NCBI RefSeq assembly: GCF_006345805.1
Contig: NC_042999.1
Span: 88,226,001 to 88,290,000 of the forward strand
Direction: 5' to 3'
Length of the DNA stretch: 64,000 bases
From: Octopus sinensis
Lineage: Eukaryota
Each line of letters opens with the position of its first letter. The first letter of the stretch is position 1. The position numbers and the translations under genes were made by a program. The notes beneath the pieces were generated by a model. The model was not told where the DNA came from, did no database searches, and saw only the letters and a list, made by a program, of their open reading frames with translations. This document shows, piece after piece, positions 39,643-52,159 of the stretch.

Positions 39643-40560
39643 CATATATACGACAGGCTTCTTTCAGTTTCCGTCTACCAAATCTACTCACAAGGCATTG
39701 GTCAGCCCGGGGCTACAGCAGAAGACACTTGCCCAAGATGCCACGCAGTGGGACTGAACCCGGAACCATGTGGTTGGTTAGCAAGCTACTTACCACACAG
39801 CCACTCCTGCGCCCAGTGAAATATTCATGTTTATTTACGTGGCAGATATAAGCAATTTAACTAAAGGTTGTATCATATATACGGGATATTTTGTTTGTTT
39901 GTTTATGGGAAAAGGGGGAAATAGTAGTGAATACTTATTCTATGAGTGCTGTGTATTAAGTCTATAAGATTGTGCATAAAGTATATAAAGTGAATTAAGT
40001 AATCATCGTATTCCAATTCCCTTCACTTTTCAATTTTTAGCAGATGAGCAACTACCTTTCCATACAGACACAACACGGGCTTTGCTTTCAGCTTTTGCGG
40101 ATAAAATTTTCAGAAATAACCCAATAGGTTTACCATTAAATCCGTGAAATATTCACGGGTCCCGCTATTTTATATAATACAAATAAAACATACCTGAACT
40201 ATTTCTTCTACGTTGGAATCAGTTTGTTTTAAAATGCATAGAGGTAGTAATTTGACAATTGGTAGCCGTAATTAAAAAAACATCTGTATTTCGATCCATG
40301 AACGTTTATATTTTTCATTTAATAACTTCTTGAAGAAATTTGCTGTTCCAGGAATACGCAAAATTTAGCTTTACCTTAGAAACGAAAATGTTCTTCTACA
40401 AGAATATTTGGGTTTAATACATCTGGATTTGCTGGAAATTGCAACCTAATATCACTCAAATCACATTCTGTCAAATTTAAAAAGGATTCGTTGGTTAATT
40501 CTGTCCTACATGATAAAGCTTTTGTCAGCATCTTGTAACATACACACCTACATACATATA

Positions 40561-40608
<48 letters not shown>

Positions 40609-40610
40609 GC
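38631..40610. repeat. Tandem duplication, two units of about 970 bp with breakpoints in (CA)n tracts
   Basis: ACGACAGGCT at 38681 and 39650; TGATAAAGCT at 39541 and 40511. Only one substitution and one 1-bp indel seen by eye outside the microsatellites. Confidence 0.95.
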
Positions 40611-41241
40611 ACACACACAATCAGAACATACGCAACGAAGAAAAGAGGACTTGTTTATAGACAATACTAAGCAAATAGCAAAAAATATACTCTACGCAAA
40701 GGAAAAACACAGAATGGTCTTGATAAGAATACTTTTCATCATAAATAAGCTCGATTAGGTTTTCGTCCTGAAGTAAAACTCACACACAGCAAAAATTAAT
40801 ATCCCTCACACCACCAAGTACCTGCTCAACTTGCTAAGAATAGCAGCCAAATATTCCCAAACCACACTCTGCTCTTTTAAAATTTCACGTTAGATAATGC
40901 AGTCTTGATAAATAGTAGTAACAACTAACCCCAAATGACAGTCAAAGGTAGCAGACGACACTAGCTGGAAACAGGAACTAATTCTCTCGAAGTACAAATA
41001 GGAATCTTGAATTTAAAAAGGTGGTCCTGTGTTTCTTTATCTAGAGAAGAAAACGGGATAGTTATGTGTCTTCCCTATTAGAATAACAAGCATCGATACA
41101 ACGCACGCAGATACACACTAGTGGTCTCTCCACCTACATTAATTAATCACCATATATAAACTCAATGTCATTGATGAAAACACCATCTCCCCTGTCTCTG
41201 ACTACCACACTCTCCTGAACGTCCTACCTCTCTCTCAGTAT

Positions 41242-41272
<31 letters not shown>

Positions 41273-41449
41273 AACACACTGACTTATCCACTCGTTTGCT
41301 CTGTCGAACTGCCAAGTATGCTTTAAATATTTATATATGAAAAGGAACATTTTATATTTCTCAACGTTTCTAAAATACGATCTAAATGCAAATGCGTATG
41401 CATATATGTATGTGTGTGTGTACATGTATACAAGCTATTTATTTAATGC

Positions 41450-42110
41450 AGTATATAAAGCATAGCATGTAACCAATGCTCTTTTATATAACTTGATAGA
41501 CGTGTCCGTAAAGAGAAATCTGTTGCAAAGATGCTGGTTAATGCGTACTATTTGAATGAGTGCGTGTCAGAAGGCTAGTAACATTTAAATATATGTTAAC
41601 AAACCGGAGAATTTATTCTGGCGCAATCAAGATATTACCGGAGTTTGGCAGGTAAGCCTTCACGATAATCGGGAAGGAATCAAGCGTTTATTCATTAGTA
41701 ATTGTGCAATCTGCGTATCGTAGATATCAGCCTTCCCGTCAATCGGGAGAAGCAAAAAAATGTTCATTCCTTAGTATATTCCCATAAGTTGGGAAAAAAA
41801 TCAGTGCATTAATGTACAAGTCCTTCCGTCGATGAGTGCTAATTTCTGATCAAAGTCCTGCCAGGCCGAAGCTCATCTAACCTGCTTACTATCCAGTCTA
41901 CTCGACTACTGGCTTTTCTTTTTAAAGCTCGCGCTTCTGTGCCCGGGCCGTGTGTGTCCTTCCGCGGCCAGCAGTGATTGGTTAGTTTAAGCAAAATGAC
42001 TAAATTAAGCTTCCATCGGAAAGTAGTGCTAATATGACTTGCTACATTTATATTTCGAAATACCTTGTTGTTGGTGTCCATCGATATCCAAAATACAGAA
42101 TCACCGGAAT
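41450..42110. promoter_or_regulatory. CpG-rich promoter-like island; candidate minus-strand core promoter (CCAAT, TATA-like, Inr) and plus-strand splice donor
   Basis: Minus strand: CCAATCA at 41981-41975, TTTAAAAAG at 41926-41918, TAGACT Inr-like at about 41899. Plus strand: TATATAAA at 41452-41459 and CAG|GTAAGC at 41651/41652. Non-repetitive and CpG-rich. Confidence 0.45.
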
Positions 42111-42744
42111 ACACAGAGATAGAAATATGTTCATACGTTTAGTCTCTATATCCTTTTACGTGTTTCGTTGATAACTAGAACTACTATGCGAGGATATATC
42201 TTACAATCAAGTGACATTCTCATATCGTCAGAGTTACCATAATAAACGAATAATCTACACACAATGGATCTATTCATCGATGAAACACGTGTAAGGTTGT
42301 AGTAAGAAAAGATATGAAAATATCTCCACTATTGTTATACATACACGCGTACTCACACATATGCATGAATATATCTCAATTAATAAAGAAAATGAATGTT
42401 CAAAAATATTCAGAAATGGAAAAAGACTTAATTCAATTTATACTGAAAAGACCAATCCATTTGAGAATACATAATGATCAAAAATGATCAAAAATCGTAA
42501 ATAATTTAAACTTTTATATAGTTTACTTTTTGCATTTTAACTGCATTTATATGATTCCTTACGTGGTCATTCGATCTGATAGAAATCTTTATCAAATCTC
42601 CTTCAAAACAAAGAATCTCATCTTTAAAAAAGTAGGAAATGTTGGAAGATATATTCTTAGATGTGCTGTTGTGCTGTGCATCAAAAGAAAAGAAGAGACG
42701 TCATGATGTGCAGTAATTTTAACAAAGTATGTGGGTTTCAAAAT

Positions 42745-42948
42745 TTGGCAAAAGACCAACAATTTCAGGAGAGAGAGTAATCGATTACATCGATCCTAGT
42801 GCTCGATTGGCTGGTACTTATTTTATCGACCCTGAGAAGATTAAAAGTCAAAGTCGACCTTGGCAGAATTTGAACACAGAACGTAAAGATGAACAAAATA
42901 CAGCTAAGCATTTTGCTCGGCGTGCTAGCGATTCTGCCAGTTCACCGT
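42745..42948 (-). mobile_element. SINE family A
   Basis: Matches 815-1129; CpGs retained. Confidence 0.85.
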
Positions 42949-43244
42949 CTTAAGTTTTAACTCTATATTAAAACCTAATCAAGATGCTTTCTATTGGCAG
43001 TCGAGAATATATGTTGTTACTGTTACTTGAAAATCAAGTTTCAGACATGTTCTTCACAAAGGAAGGCATATGAAAGAATCTGCTCACTTCGACAGCAAGC
43101 TTGCCAGTATCTGACAACCCATACAAAAGAAACGAAATCAACTACATCGATTGCAAAGGAAATTCAAAATTACTACCACTTTAGTCATGAATCTCCTTCA
43201 TTAGGTCTGACTTGGGGCTTAACAATAAAAAATAGTGTCTAATT

Positions 43245-43395
43245 CCGAACACCAGTGTTTGACGAGTACTTTATCTCCTCGATTGTGAAAGGATGAAACG
43301 CCTTGCAGACTTGGCAGGATTTGAATCTAGAATGAAAAGTCCAGAAGAAATACCATAAGACGTTTTGCCTGACACTCTAATGATTCTGCCAATCC
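43245..43395 (-). mobile_element. SINE family A, diverged
   Basis: GTACTTTATCTCCTCG..GATTTGAATCTAGAATG..GATTCTGCCAA. Confidence 0.6.
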
Positions 43396-43461
43396 AAAAA
43401 CCGATGAAGTTCAGGAGCATTTGTTGGAGTGGAACAACAACAATGGATATCAGGCCGCATA

Positions 43462-43590
43462 GGTAGGTGGCCTAATGGTTAGGATATTCAGCTCATGATC
43501 ACAAGGCTTTAAGTTCAATTCCATGACCAGGTAGCGTATTGAATTCTTGAGCAGGACTCTTTATTTTATATTGCTCTAGAGTATTCATCT
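43462..43590 (+). mobile_element. tRNA-derived SINE head (family C-like)
   Basis: TGGCCTAATGGTTAGG (box A), AAGTTCAATTCC (box B), then CTTGAGCAGGACTCTTTATTTTATATTGCTC. Confidence 0.6.
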
Positions 43591-45014
43591 TTTATAAGTG
43601 CCAACATGTTACTAGTTCCACCCTCTCTTCCTCTAGCTCTCATATCTTGGATGTTCTTCTGGATCCAGGGTGACTATGTTTGCTCGCGAGTACACACATT
43701 CCTAAGGCAATTAGCGTAAATATGGCACGTTACTCAGTCTATACGCAAGTAAATGACAACAAGAATATATTATTTACAGACGACATTCTTTGTAACGTTT
43801 GGTCCCATCAGCTTTCGAGTCTGGGGGGTTCTCTGAATGTTCTTTCTTCTAATCGGCCTTAAAATATTCACTTCGTTTTGATCAAGTCAAGAGGAGTCGA
43901 AATGATGTCAAAAGTAAATCCTTTGTACCATCATTAATATAAGCGTTGTCGGCTTTGATATTATTGTTTGTGCTGGTATCTCTTACCATCAATAGAGTCA
44001 TGTTGTTGTGCAGGTTATATTCATAAAGATGCTATCTCAGCTTCTACTCTTCACTTTGATAATGATAGCATGAATAACGTTGAAGTTTCTGTCGTTTTCC
44101 GGGGTTAATTTTATTGTTGATGAAATACTGTAGCAGATTCAAGATAGAATCGCTTGATAACCAAATGAGCATCACAGCTAAGCCACTGTCGTTTCACGTG
44201 ATCAGCCAGTTAGCCGAGCAATCACATGAATCAACTTTCTAGAAGCTTCGCGTTGAGCTCTATATAAGCAGGTGTTTTGGCGGCAACTCCAGAATGTTGA
44301 GGCAGCCACTTGAAGTATCCATTAGACAGATTTTGTCATCATGGATAGAGCACGATTATTTTCCAGTTATGGTGGGTCACCCACAGATTGCTATATACCA
44401 ATTTAACTACTATATATCTATTAGATTGTCGTAGACCTCAGTAGTATGTCTCTCCCGCTGGTTAAATGTCGCTGTTACTTTTCATCAAAAGTCAAACACA
44501 GAAAACACTGTGAATAAATAAGCTTCTCTTAACTGTTCGAGACTTGTTAATCATTTTTACACGCAGCCCTAGAAAAGCATTTTCGTTTTCCTCCAGCATC
44601 AAGTACCGAACGATAACTCCCGACAATACTATTTCGGACTATCACTACTAACTCTATTCTGGCTATCTTCCACTGCATCTTTTACCTTGATTACTTTCAA
44701 CGTTATTGTTGACATTTTCTCTCTGCTCTCTACTTTATGACTATTTTTATTTATTGCTATAATTTGTGTGTTGTTTTTTTTAAAAATTTTTTTGTTGGTG
44801 AAAGATGATTGTCAACAGCTTTCTTGACATTATTGACGATTGTTTCTGTCCACTCAGGCAGACACTACTATAAAATACCTATATTTCTCTCTCCCCACAC
44901 CACCACCGTACACAAATATTCTTGGTCACCCCTTCTAGAAAATAAACCAATAATGATTCCAACTTTTGAAATACGAATACAGCACACGAAGTACATCGTA
45001 TATTCTTTATAGGT

Positions 45015-45015
45015 A

Positions 45016-45057
<42 letters not shown>

Positions 45058-45066
45058 GCTACTACT
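45015..45066. repeat. (ACT)n microsatellite
   Basis: Seen directly. Confidence 0.95.
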
Positions 45067-45353
45067 GGGAATACGGAAAGCATGTAAAAAGAAGGATAAG
45101 AGGAATAAACAAAAAATTCGAATCAGTTATAATTCCCCCCCCCAAAAAAAAAAGTGGAGGGCCTATGAGGGCTTTTATTAAAAATCCAACACAACTACTG
45201 TCACCCTAATCACTAAGGTACGTACCCTTTTCCAACAGTCCTTCTCTAATCTACAAGCATATATTCAAAGCACGCCTATTTATTTGCATCATGCCTGCCA
45301 CTCGCATCCTCCAATCAAAAACTACATTCAGTTCCATCAATCTGTCTACACTT

Positions 45354-46330
45354 TCAAATTATCATTTTATTGATTAATAAGTGACCTTTTGTTGTCCTAC
45401 TTTCTGTTTTTTTCCTGCAACCTTTCTGTTCTTCTGGAAGTGGACTGTTACTTTCCAGATCACTGTATAACTCTTCTGCCAAGACACCAGCATAAGCAGT
45501 AAACAGGTTATAGGTAAAAAAATTTGATGCCAAATTCCCTTTAAAGAGATCCTTGAGGCATAGCAGCATTTGTCCACTTGTCATCCAGGATGGGAAGTGA
45601 CCTTGCTGCAGGCAGTCATCCAGATATGTAACGATCCTTTCATGAGCTGTGTAAATTTCTTCAGCCAATAACTCTGTACTGTTTCCAGGCCTAATCCTTT
45701 CCAATTTGCTATTTTTTAACTTCTGTTTCACTGTATATGGATTAATTCTGACGTCCTTTTGTCTTGGTACAGTTGCAAGTCTCACTGGCCTGTACTCCAA
45801 CCTTCTCAAAATTCTTTACTTTCTTCCTCAAATAGACGCCTTCTATTTGATTGGAACAGTTTATTCTGTTTGAAACCTTTGCATCTAGTATCATATCTTT
45901 TCAATTTGGCCCTTAATGCTGTCACCATTTGTGTCAATTCTTCATGTACTATTTTTCTCCTTTCTTCTAACCTGTATTGTACATTCAATTTTCTGATTAC
46001 TACCTTATTCTTGAACTCTCCTCTCATTATCCTATTCAATTGCCCCAGTTCTTTCTATCTCTTTTTAAGCTTCATACATATTCTCTTCCTCCAGTTTGAT
46101 TGTTTCTTTCCATTTCCTTTAATATCTTCCATTTTTTATTTGTAGTCTACTAAGTCAGCAATGACATTAGCAGCAGCAATATTTAACTGGTTTGTTTCAC
46201 TGACTTTTTTTGTTTTAATCAAGCTTGTTTTCTGTTTGTATATCTTACATTTTGTGGTACTTCACTGTTTCCATGACATATTACCTCGTAACATTTCTAA
46301 AATCTCCTTCTCTTCATCATTCAAATCTTA
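45354..46330 (-). mobile_element. R4/Dong-like LINE fragment (pre-RT region and RT start)
   Basis: KLKRYDTRCKGFKQNKLFQSN, HFPSWMTSGQMLLCLKD..NLASNF(R)PITCL, LPEEQKGCRK..TKGHLLINKMI. Confidence 0.88.
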
Positions 46331-46343
46331 TTATTATCATTGC

Positions 46344-46394
<51 letters not shown>

Positions 46395-46455
46395 CATTAT
46401 TACTATTATCATTATTATTATTATCATTATATTATTATTATTATTACTATTATTA
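46330..46455. repeat. (ATT)n microsatellite
   Basis: Seen directly. Confidence 0.97.
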
Positions 46456-46986
46456 AGAGAGCACTGCATGCCTTCAAAGTGACACTCGGGTAAAATATAC
46501 AAAGCTGAATATATCCATCATGGCTACCCATCTGATAAGGGTACATCAGACACATGCATCATAACCATATGTCTGTGACATGGTGGTCTCATATAAAAAT
46601 AAACAGTGCATGCAGCTAGAATTTTCTTCAGGTTGAGTAGCCCATCCTGCTCAAAAGGTCCCTGAATAAGGTTTGTCTAAGGATGTTGAACAAAACACCC
46701 ATGTTTCTAAAGGTGAATTATCCAAACCCCAAAGAATTCCTCTGAACACACATCTATGATGCTCCTCCACTACTTCTGCTCATGACCAGAGATGTAATAT
46801 CGTCAGCCTCTAAGTGACATGGTCAACTGGTTAAGGTCAAACAACTGACAAGCAAACATGTGGTATTGAGCAGAGAATTTGCTGTAGCCCATCTTTTATA
46901 TCAAGATAAAACAATGTACATGATAACACTTCCTATCTGTTAAGATCAGAAGCCATGAGAGAGACTGCCTGGTACTGCATCAAGGC

Positions 46987-46990
<4 letters not shown>
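46456..46990. repeat. Unclassified non-coding element of about 530 bp embedded in (ATT)n arrays
   Basis: Sharp boundaries with (ATT)n on both sides, higher GC than the flanks, no ORF. Confidence 0.5.
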
Positions 46991-47023
<33 letters not shown>

Positions 47024-47038
47024 AATAATAATAATTAT

Positions 47039-47240
47039 ATGGTGAGTCAGCAGAATCATTAGCATGCCAGATAAAATGCATAGCAGCATTTTGTCCATCC
47101 TTATGTTTTGGGTTCAAATTCCACTGAGGTTGACTTTGCCTTTCATCCTTTCAGGGTTGACGCCTTTCATTCTTTCAGTGCCAGTATCGATGCAATCGAC
47201 TGGCCTCTTCCTCAAATTTCAGGCATTATGTGTATAGTAG
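47039..47240 (+). mobile_element. SINE family A, CpG-decayed
   Basis: GGTGAGTCAGCAGAATCATTAGCATGCCAG versus consensus-like GGCGAGCTGGCAGAAATGTTAGCACGCCGG. Confidence 0.8.
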
Positions 47241-48964
47241 AAAAGATTATTATCATTATCATCATTATCATCATTATTATTATTACTATTATTATTATCA
47301 TCATCATCATCATCATCACTATCAAGTTTCTTTCCAATATTATCCTTATCTTCAACATCACCGTCATTGCTGTCTTCATCATCATTTTTGCCACCTTCAT
47401 GCGCATGATGATAATGATAACCAAGGAGCTATATGTACAAAAAGACATTCATCTCTTCCAATTCCCCAAAATAAATCCATCCTATCCATGCTAGCATGGA
47501 AAATCATGTGTGAATTAGCAAATCCAAATTCATTCCATTCACCAAAGATTAATAATTGAAGCACTGAATAATATTAATGGACTTAACTCAAATATGTTAG
47601 TGGTACTTATAAACTTTGGAAGGATAAACAGCAAAGTTGAACTCATCCATCATATCACCTTAAAACTGAGTGTCAGGACTAAGTACTTTAATGTATTTAA
47701 TCTGATGATATAGTGTCTTAAATATTCCTTTCGGTAAATACAAGATGGGAAATTTCTTATACTGGCACCAAGTCCTATAAATCTGTTGGATAGGGACATA
47801 TTTAAACGTCACAATTTTGTAGAGTGAAAATATAATTACTTAAGTCTATCCAGTGCTTGCCTGGTAATTATATTATCAGCTACAGGGTCCTGAATGGTAG
47901 GGTCAGTGTTGTGGTGCTTGACTTCAGGATTAAGGAGTAAGGTAAATATTCTGAATACAATTATCCCATTGCTGTGCCCTTTCTACTTTTCTATTAACCT
48001 GTAAATCATTTATCATAAGTCTGTTGATATGATAATAGAGTTAACAATGATTTTGATGGTAATGATAATGATGATGATGATGATGATGATGATGACTATG
48101 ATGGTGCTGATGATCATGATGGTGGTGGTGGTGGTCTTGGGTCATTATGATGATTGTTGCCATCATCCTCATTACCGTGATAAATAAAATGAAATTAGGA
48201 TATGTGGTAATCATTTTAATTATAAAGATTGTCCTTACTGTCTAACACATATATTGATCCAACCACAGTCAACTGTTCAAATATCTTCACAGATTATAAA
48301 CTGTCTCCATGACAAAGATATTTAATGCTCTGTGAGTCAATCCATCTATGATAATAGTAGAAGATAGAGAGAATGTGTGAAGGATCACATCAATGCTGTG
48401 TGCCAAAGATCTGTTACTGAAATTTGATAGTAAAATTTGAAGAGTGGATTCAAATCTACTCATGAATAAAGCCAGCCATGAAAAATATGTCTGCTAATTC
48501 TTTAATAGCAAGAAATATGGGATGTGTTTTAGGGTATATTTCCAACAATAAGTAATATATTTCAGGAATAAGAGGCATAAAGAAGAATCTCAAGCAAATC
48601 AGATTTAATCAACAGATTAAACCTCTCTAACTTTTCAATGCTTATTCCCCACTTCTAGCTAACTGTGTTGGAGAACAAGGAAAAATAGATTTATGACGAT
48701 GCAGTCATGAGATATAACATAATCTAACTTTAAATATACAGATATATCTACTTAAACCTGATTTTCCAACTCTGTATTTTGGATTGGTTGAAGCCTTGTG
48801 TCCAAAGAATTTAGAAAGATTTGTGATATTTCTGTCTACTTAACTCTGGCTTTCCATCAATATATTTTTCATAGGTAAGTCCTTATGTCCAAAGTTTTTA
48901 AAGTAATTCTTGATAGCAATGAAACAGTGGGAGGTGTGATTGTATGAGTTCAATTCTACTGTAG

Positions 48965-49002
48965 GTGCTTCAAACCCATCATATGATAACGAGGATTCAG
49001 TG
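48965..49002 (+). CDS. Candidate internal coding exon (unidentified gene)
   Basis: ttctactgtag| GT ASNPSYDNEDSV |gtttga. Phase-compatible with 50674-50738, but the donor is weak. Confidence 0.2.
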
Positions 49003-50673
49003 GTTTGAGCAACTGAATTATCTGTTCATTGAATGGATATGTAATTGATTAATCATTCCAAAGACATAAGTACACTTAACACAGAATCAGCATGGCAATC
49101 ACTTACTAACACTTTTCCACATTGAAAATATTCAGAGAGCAACATCTTATCTCCAATTTTCCATGAAATTATGCTAATGAGAAATAAATCTTCTAGTCTA
49201 TTTCATGTAACTTTTCCATAGCTAAAATTTAACTCTTTACTATAAAACCTATAAAATTCTAAGAGTGACCTATGCTATTCCTTGGTGGTAGTCATTCCTT
49301 GGATTATACAAACTCATAGTAACTAGTTATATCTACAAAAATAGTGCAATTCAGAATGAAATAACTTTGTCATAAACACTATGTTGTGCTAGTGGTAAAC
49401 TGCATAATCAACTTCATATCTGTGTCCGGAACCCTATCGTCTCATATGGTACCCCTTATTATCTCTATGTCTGCTACTCTATTCACTCTACTACTTCTTT
49501 GATTATGGCTTCATCCAGCGTAGCTCAATAAATCTGCTTGCTGGGAATAAGTAACTGAACTCATAGGTAAGGATTAGTTTTCCTTCAAGATAAGTTTAGA
49601 TTTTGTCACTTCGTGATATTTTAAAGACACGTTACTTTTACATAAAATTTTAATGCTACTGCTGGCTAAATGAACAGAGATCCACTATATCCACCTCAAA
49701 TACAATTTAATGTTCACAACTCATCACCAATGTTACATAGAGTCTCTTCAATTTTCAATGGCCCAATCTGCTTAATCATCAGGAAAAATTACAAGGAGAT
49801 ACATTTTCTCCAATTATCATAACAAAAATGATGAAGCTTGGATTTTATTTCTAATGTGATGAATATTGATATAAACTAATACTATCATGTTTCCACTTAT
49901 ATTACCTTAACACAGAATCAGCATGGCAATCACTTACTAACACTTTTCTACATCGAAAATATTCAGAGGGCATACCTTTAATATGCACATATGATTGGCT
50001 TGCTGGAAATAGTAACAGAATTTCCCTCAAATTACACAGTTGTTTTTAACACAACAAAACTATGAAGAGATTTTATATCAGATAATTCCACAGCCTTTTA
50101 CCTTCTAATAGTGTGTATATATTTAGAATGATATATGGATGGCAATTTTTATTCAATACTGTTTCAATTGTATATATTGAGTTTTTTTTTCTACAATCGG
50201 GCATGCTTCTACAATACTAGTGACTGTTTTATTCACAGTATTCTGTATATTGATGTTGTCATCATCATGTATTGAACACTTTTGCAGTGCATCAATGACA
50301 CTACAATGCAAGTCATCCCAATTAAGTATGACTTCTTCCATTGGATAAAGCCATAGCATCATTTTACTCTGACTTTATCATAGTGCTTTATTGATATTGG
50401 GGTGGTTTGCCATTGACTTCCTCAGCTAGAGGCCATTGGCCCATTAGGAGCTCATCTACCCTTTGACAGGTGTAGTTTTTAGTCCTCCTACGCATTCAGA
50501 AATTCTCCTCACAAAAGTAGCAAGCTACTCAACTTAGGGAGCCAGTTTAATTGCTAACCACTTAACTATGAAGCAGGTAGTACTGGTTTACATGGTACCA
50601 GTAGCAGGTCCCATCAGCCTGTGATGAAATCCCCTTTCTGGCTCATACACTGATGTACAAAATTTTATTTAAG

Positions 50674-50738
50674 CAAATAACAATTGAGTGCATGGCATTG
50701 ACAAACGTCCAAAAAGATGAAAAGCAATTGTTGAATTT
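50674..50738 (+). CDS. Candidate internal coding exon (unidentified gene)
   Basis: ttttatttaag| QITIECMALTNVQKDEKQLLN TT |gtgagt. Only one frame is open; strong donor. Confidence 0.3.
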
Positions 50739-50944
50739 GTGAGTCACTGCAGCTCAATAGTACATTTCCCTCTAGTATATACTACATTTTTAACACAATA
50801 AGTCCATGAAAAGATTTTATCACAGGCAATTTCCACAGCATCTTGCAATCTAATGTTGCGTAAACATTTAGTACAATACACAAGGCAACACAGATGCATG
50901 TATATATACAAACACACACACACACACACACTCACACACACATA

Positions 50945-51110
50945 TATTCAACAGGCTTCTTTCCTTTTCTTTCAGCCAATTTTTCTCACAAGTCTTTGAT
51001 CAATTATGGCTACAGTAGAAGACAGTTGCTGAAAGTGTCGCACAGTGGAACCAAACTGAAACCATGTGTTGGGAAGTGAATTTCTTAACTATACAATCAT
51101 GCTTGCACCT
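50945..51110 (-). mobile_element. SINE family B, 5' part, CpG-decayed
   Basis: CAGGCTTCTTTCC..CTCACAAGTCTTTG..CACAGTGGAACCAAACTGAAACCATGTG. Confidence 0.7.
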
Positions 51111-51264
51111 ATATTTATACATACAAATGCACACACACACACACTCTTTCAGTATTGATTAACAAACTTATCAACAACTTTGTGATTTGTTCATTCACAT
51201 ATGAACATATGATGAATAGTTGCAAGTATGTGTTTCTTGCCCAAAGCTGAAATTTTACACAACA

Positions 51265-51830
51265 TCCGTGTACAGGTAAAACCTAACCCAAATGGCCTTC
51301 AAAATGCAGAAATATTTGCCAGGTGAATGCATTCAAGGGTATGTGTAAAACTATATTTCAGATCTCTATATAGAAGAACTTATTAGTAAGAGAGTGTAGA
51401 GATGATTAATAAGTTGGCACCTCACATATAGCACAGAGAAGCAATCAGTGCTAAATGCATGAATATGAGTAGCAACATGATACAAAGAAAAGCAGGTTAG
51501 GACAATGGTGTTTCACTGATTTACACCATTTTCAACAGGAATGGGTCTAGATCTCATATATATTTTTACTGAACTGGTCTATATTCACATTTCATTGTGA
51601 AAGGATTTCATTATTGATACAAAGTGATCTGCATAAATAAGTTTGCAACTTACTTTCTTGTGGATTTCCGCTATTCACACTATTGACGGTTTCTGTTGGA
51701 TGAATGGAAATCTGAATAAATCTGCTCTGAGCAATTTTCTTGCATCTGTCTTCTTGTGCAAAACATATTCCTTGTTCCTATATCAGAATGAATACCACTC
51801 TGAGATTCAAGGATGACATCAAAACGCAAA
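51265..51830 (-). mobile_element. Ancient RTE-clade RT fragment, same lineage as 35209-37462
   Basis: Minus strand LESQSGIHSDIGTRNMF..RRQMQENCSEQ..ADHFVSIMKSFHNEM..PFPVENGVNQ aligns collinearly to ESQCGFRSGRGTMDMIF..RQMQEKCYEQ..PDHFVSIIKSFHDEM..PIPVENGVKQ. Confidence 0.8.
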
Positions 51831-52159
51831 AAAAGAGATTTATCTAGTTAACAAAAGAAAGGTTGCCAGAATCTAACAACTGACAGTGGAACAGTATGTC
51901 TATGGTTATCACACTTTATTCTGAGAATATTTTCTTTATACAAAGAAAGCACAACTGCATTTTTTCTAGTCTTTGAGAACACTGCTGTTATCTCTCTAAT
52001 CTATACTTAGACATTCAGCAAGATACTATGGGACATGTAAAATCTCAGTTCAGATTCTTACTTTACCAGGAGACCTACATAGATTTTAATTCCTTTATCG
52101 TCCTTTCTATCTCCTCTCTCTCTCTCTCTCTTTCTTTGTATATATCATCATCGGCAGCG

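Noticed and set aside
41839-42114. 91-aa minus-strand ORF starting at GTG
   Set aside because: It overlaps the promoter-like motifs, has a non-ATG start and no recognisable domain; openness is explained by local GC content.
51649-51785. Apparent minus-strand exon with tatag acceptor and GTAAGT donor
   Set aside because: The sequence aligns collinearly with RTE reverse transcriptase, so it is a LINE relic.
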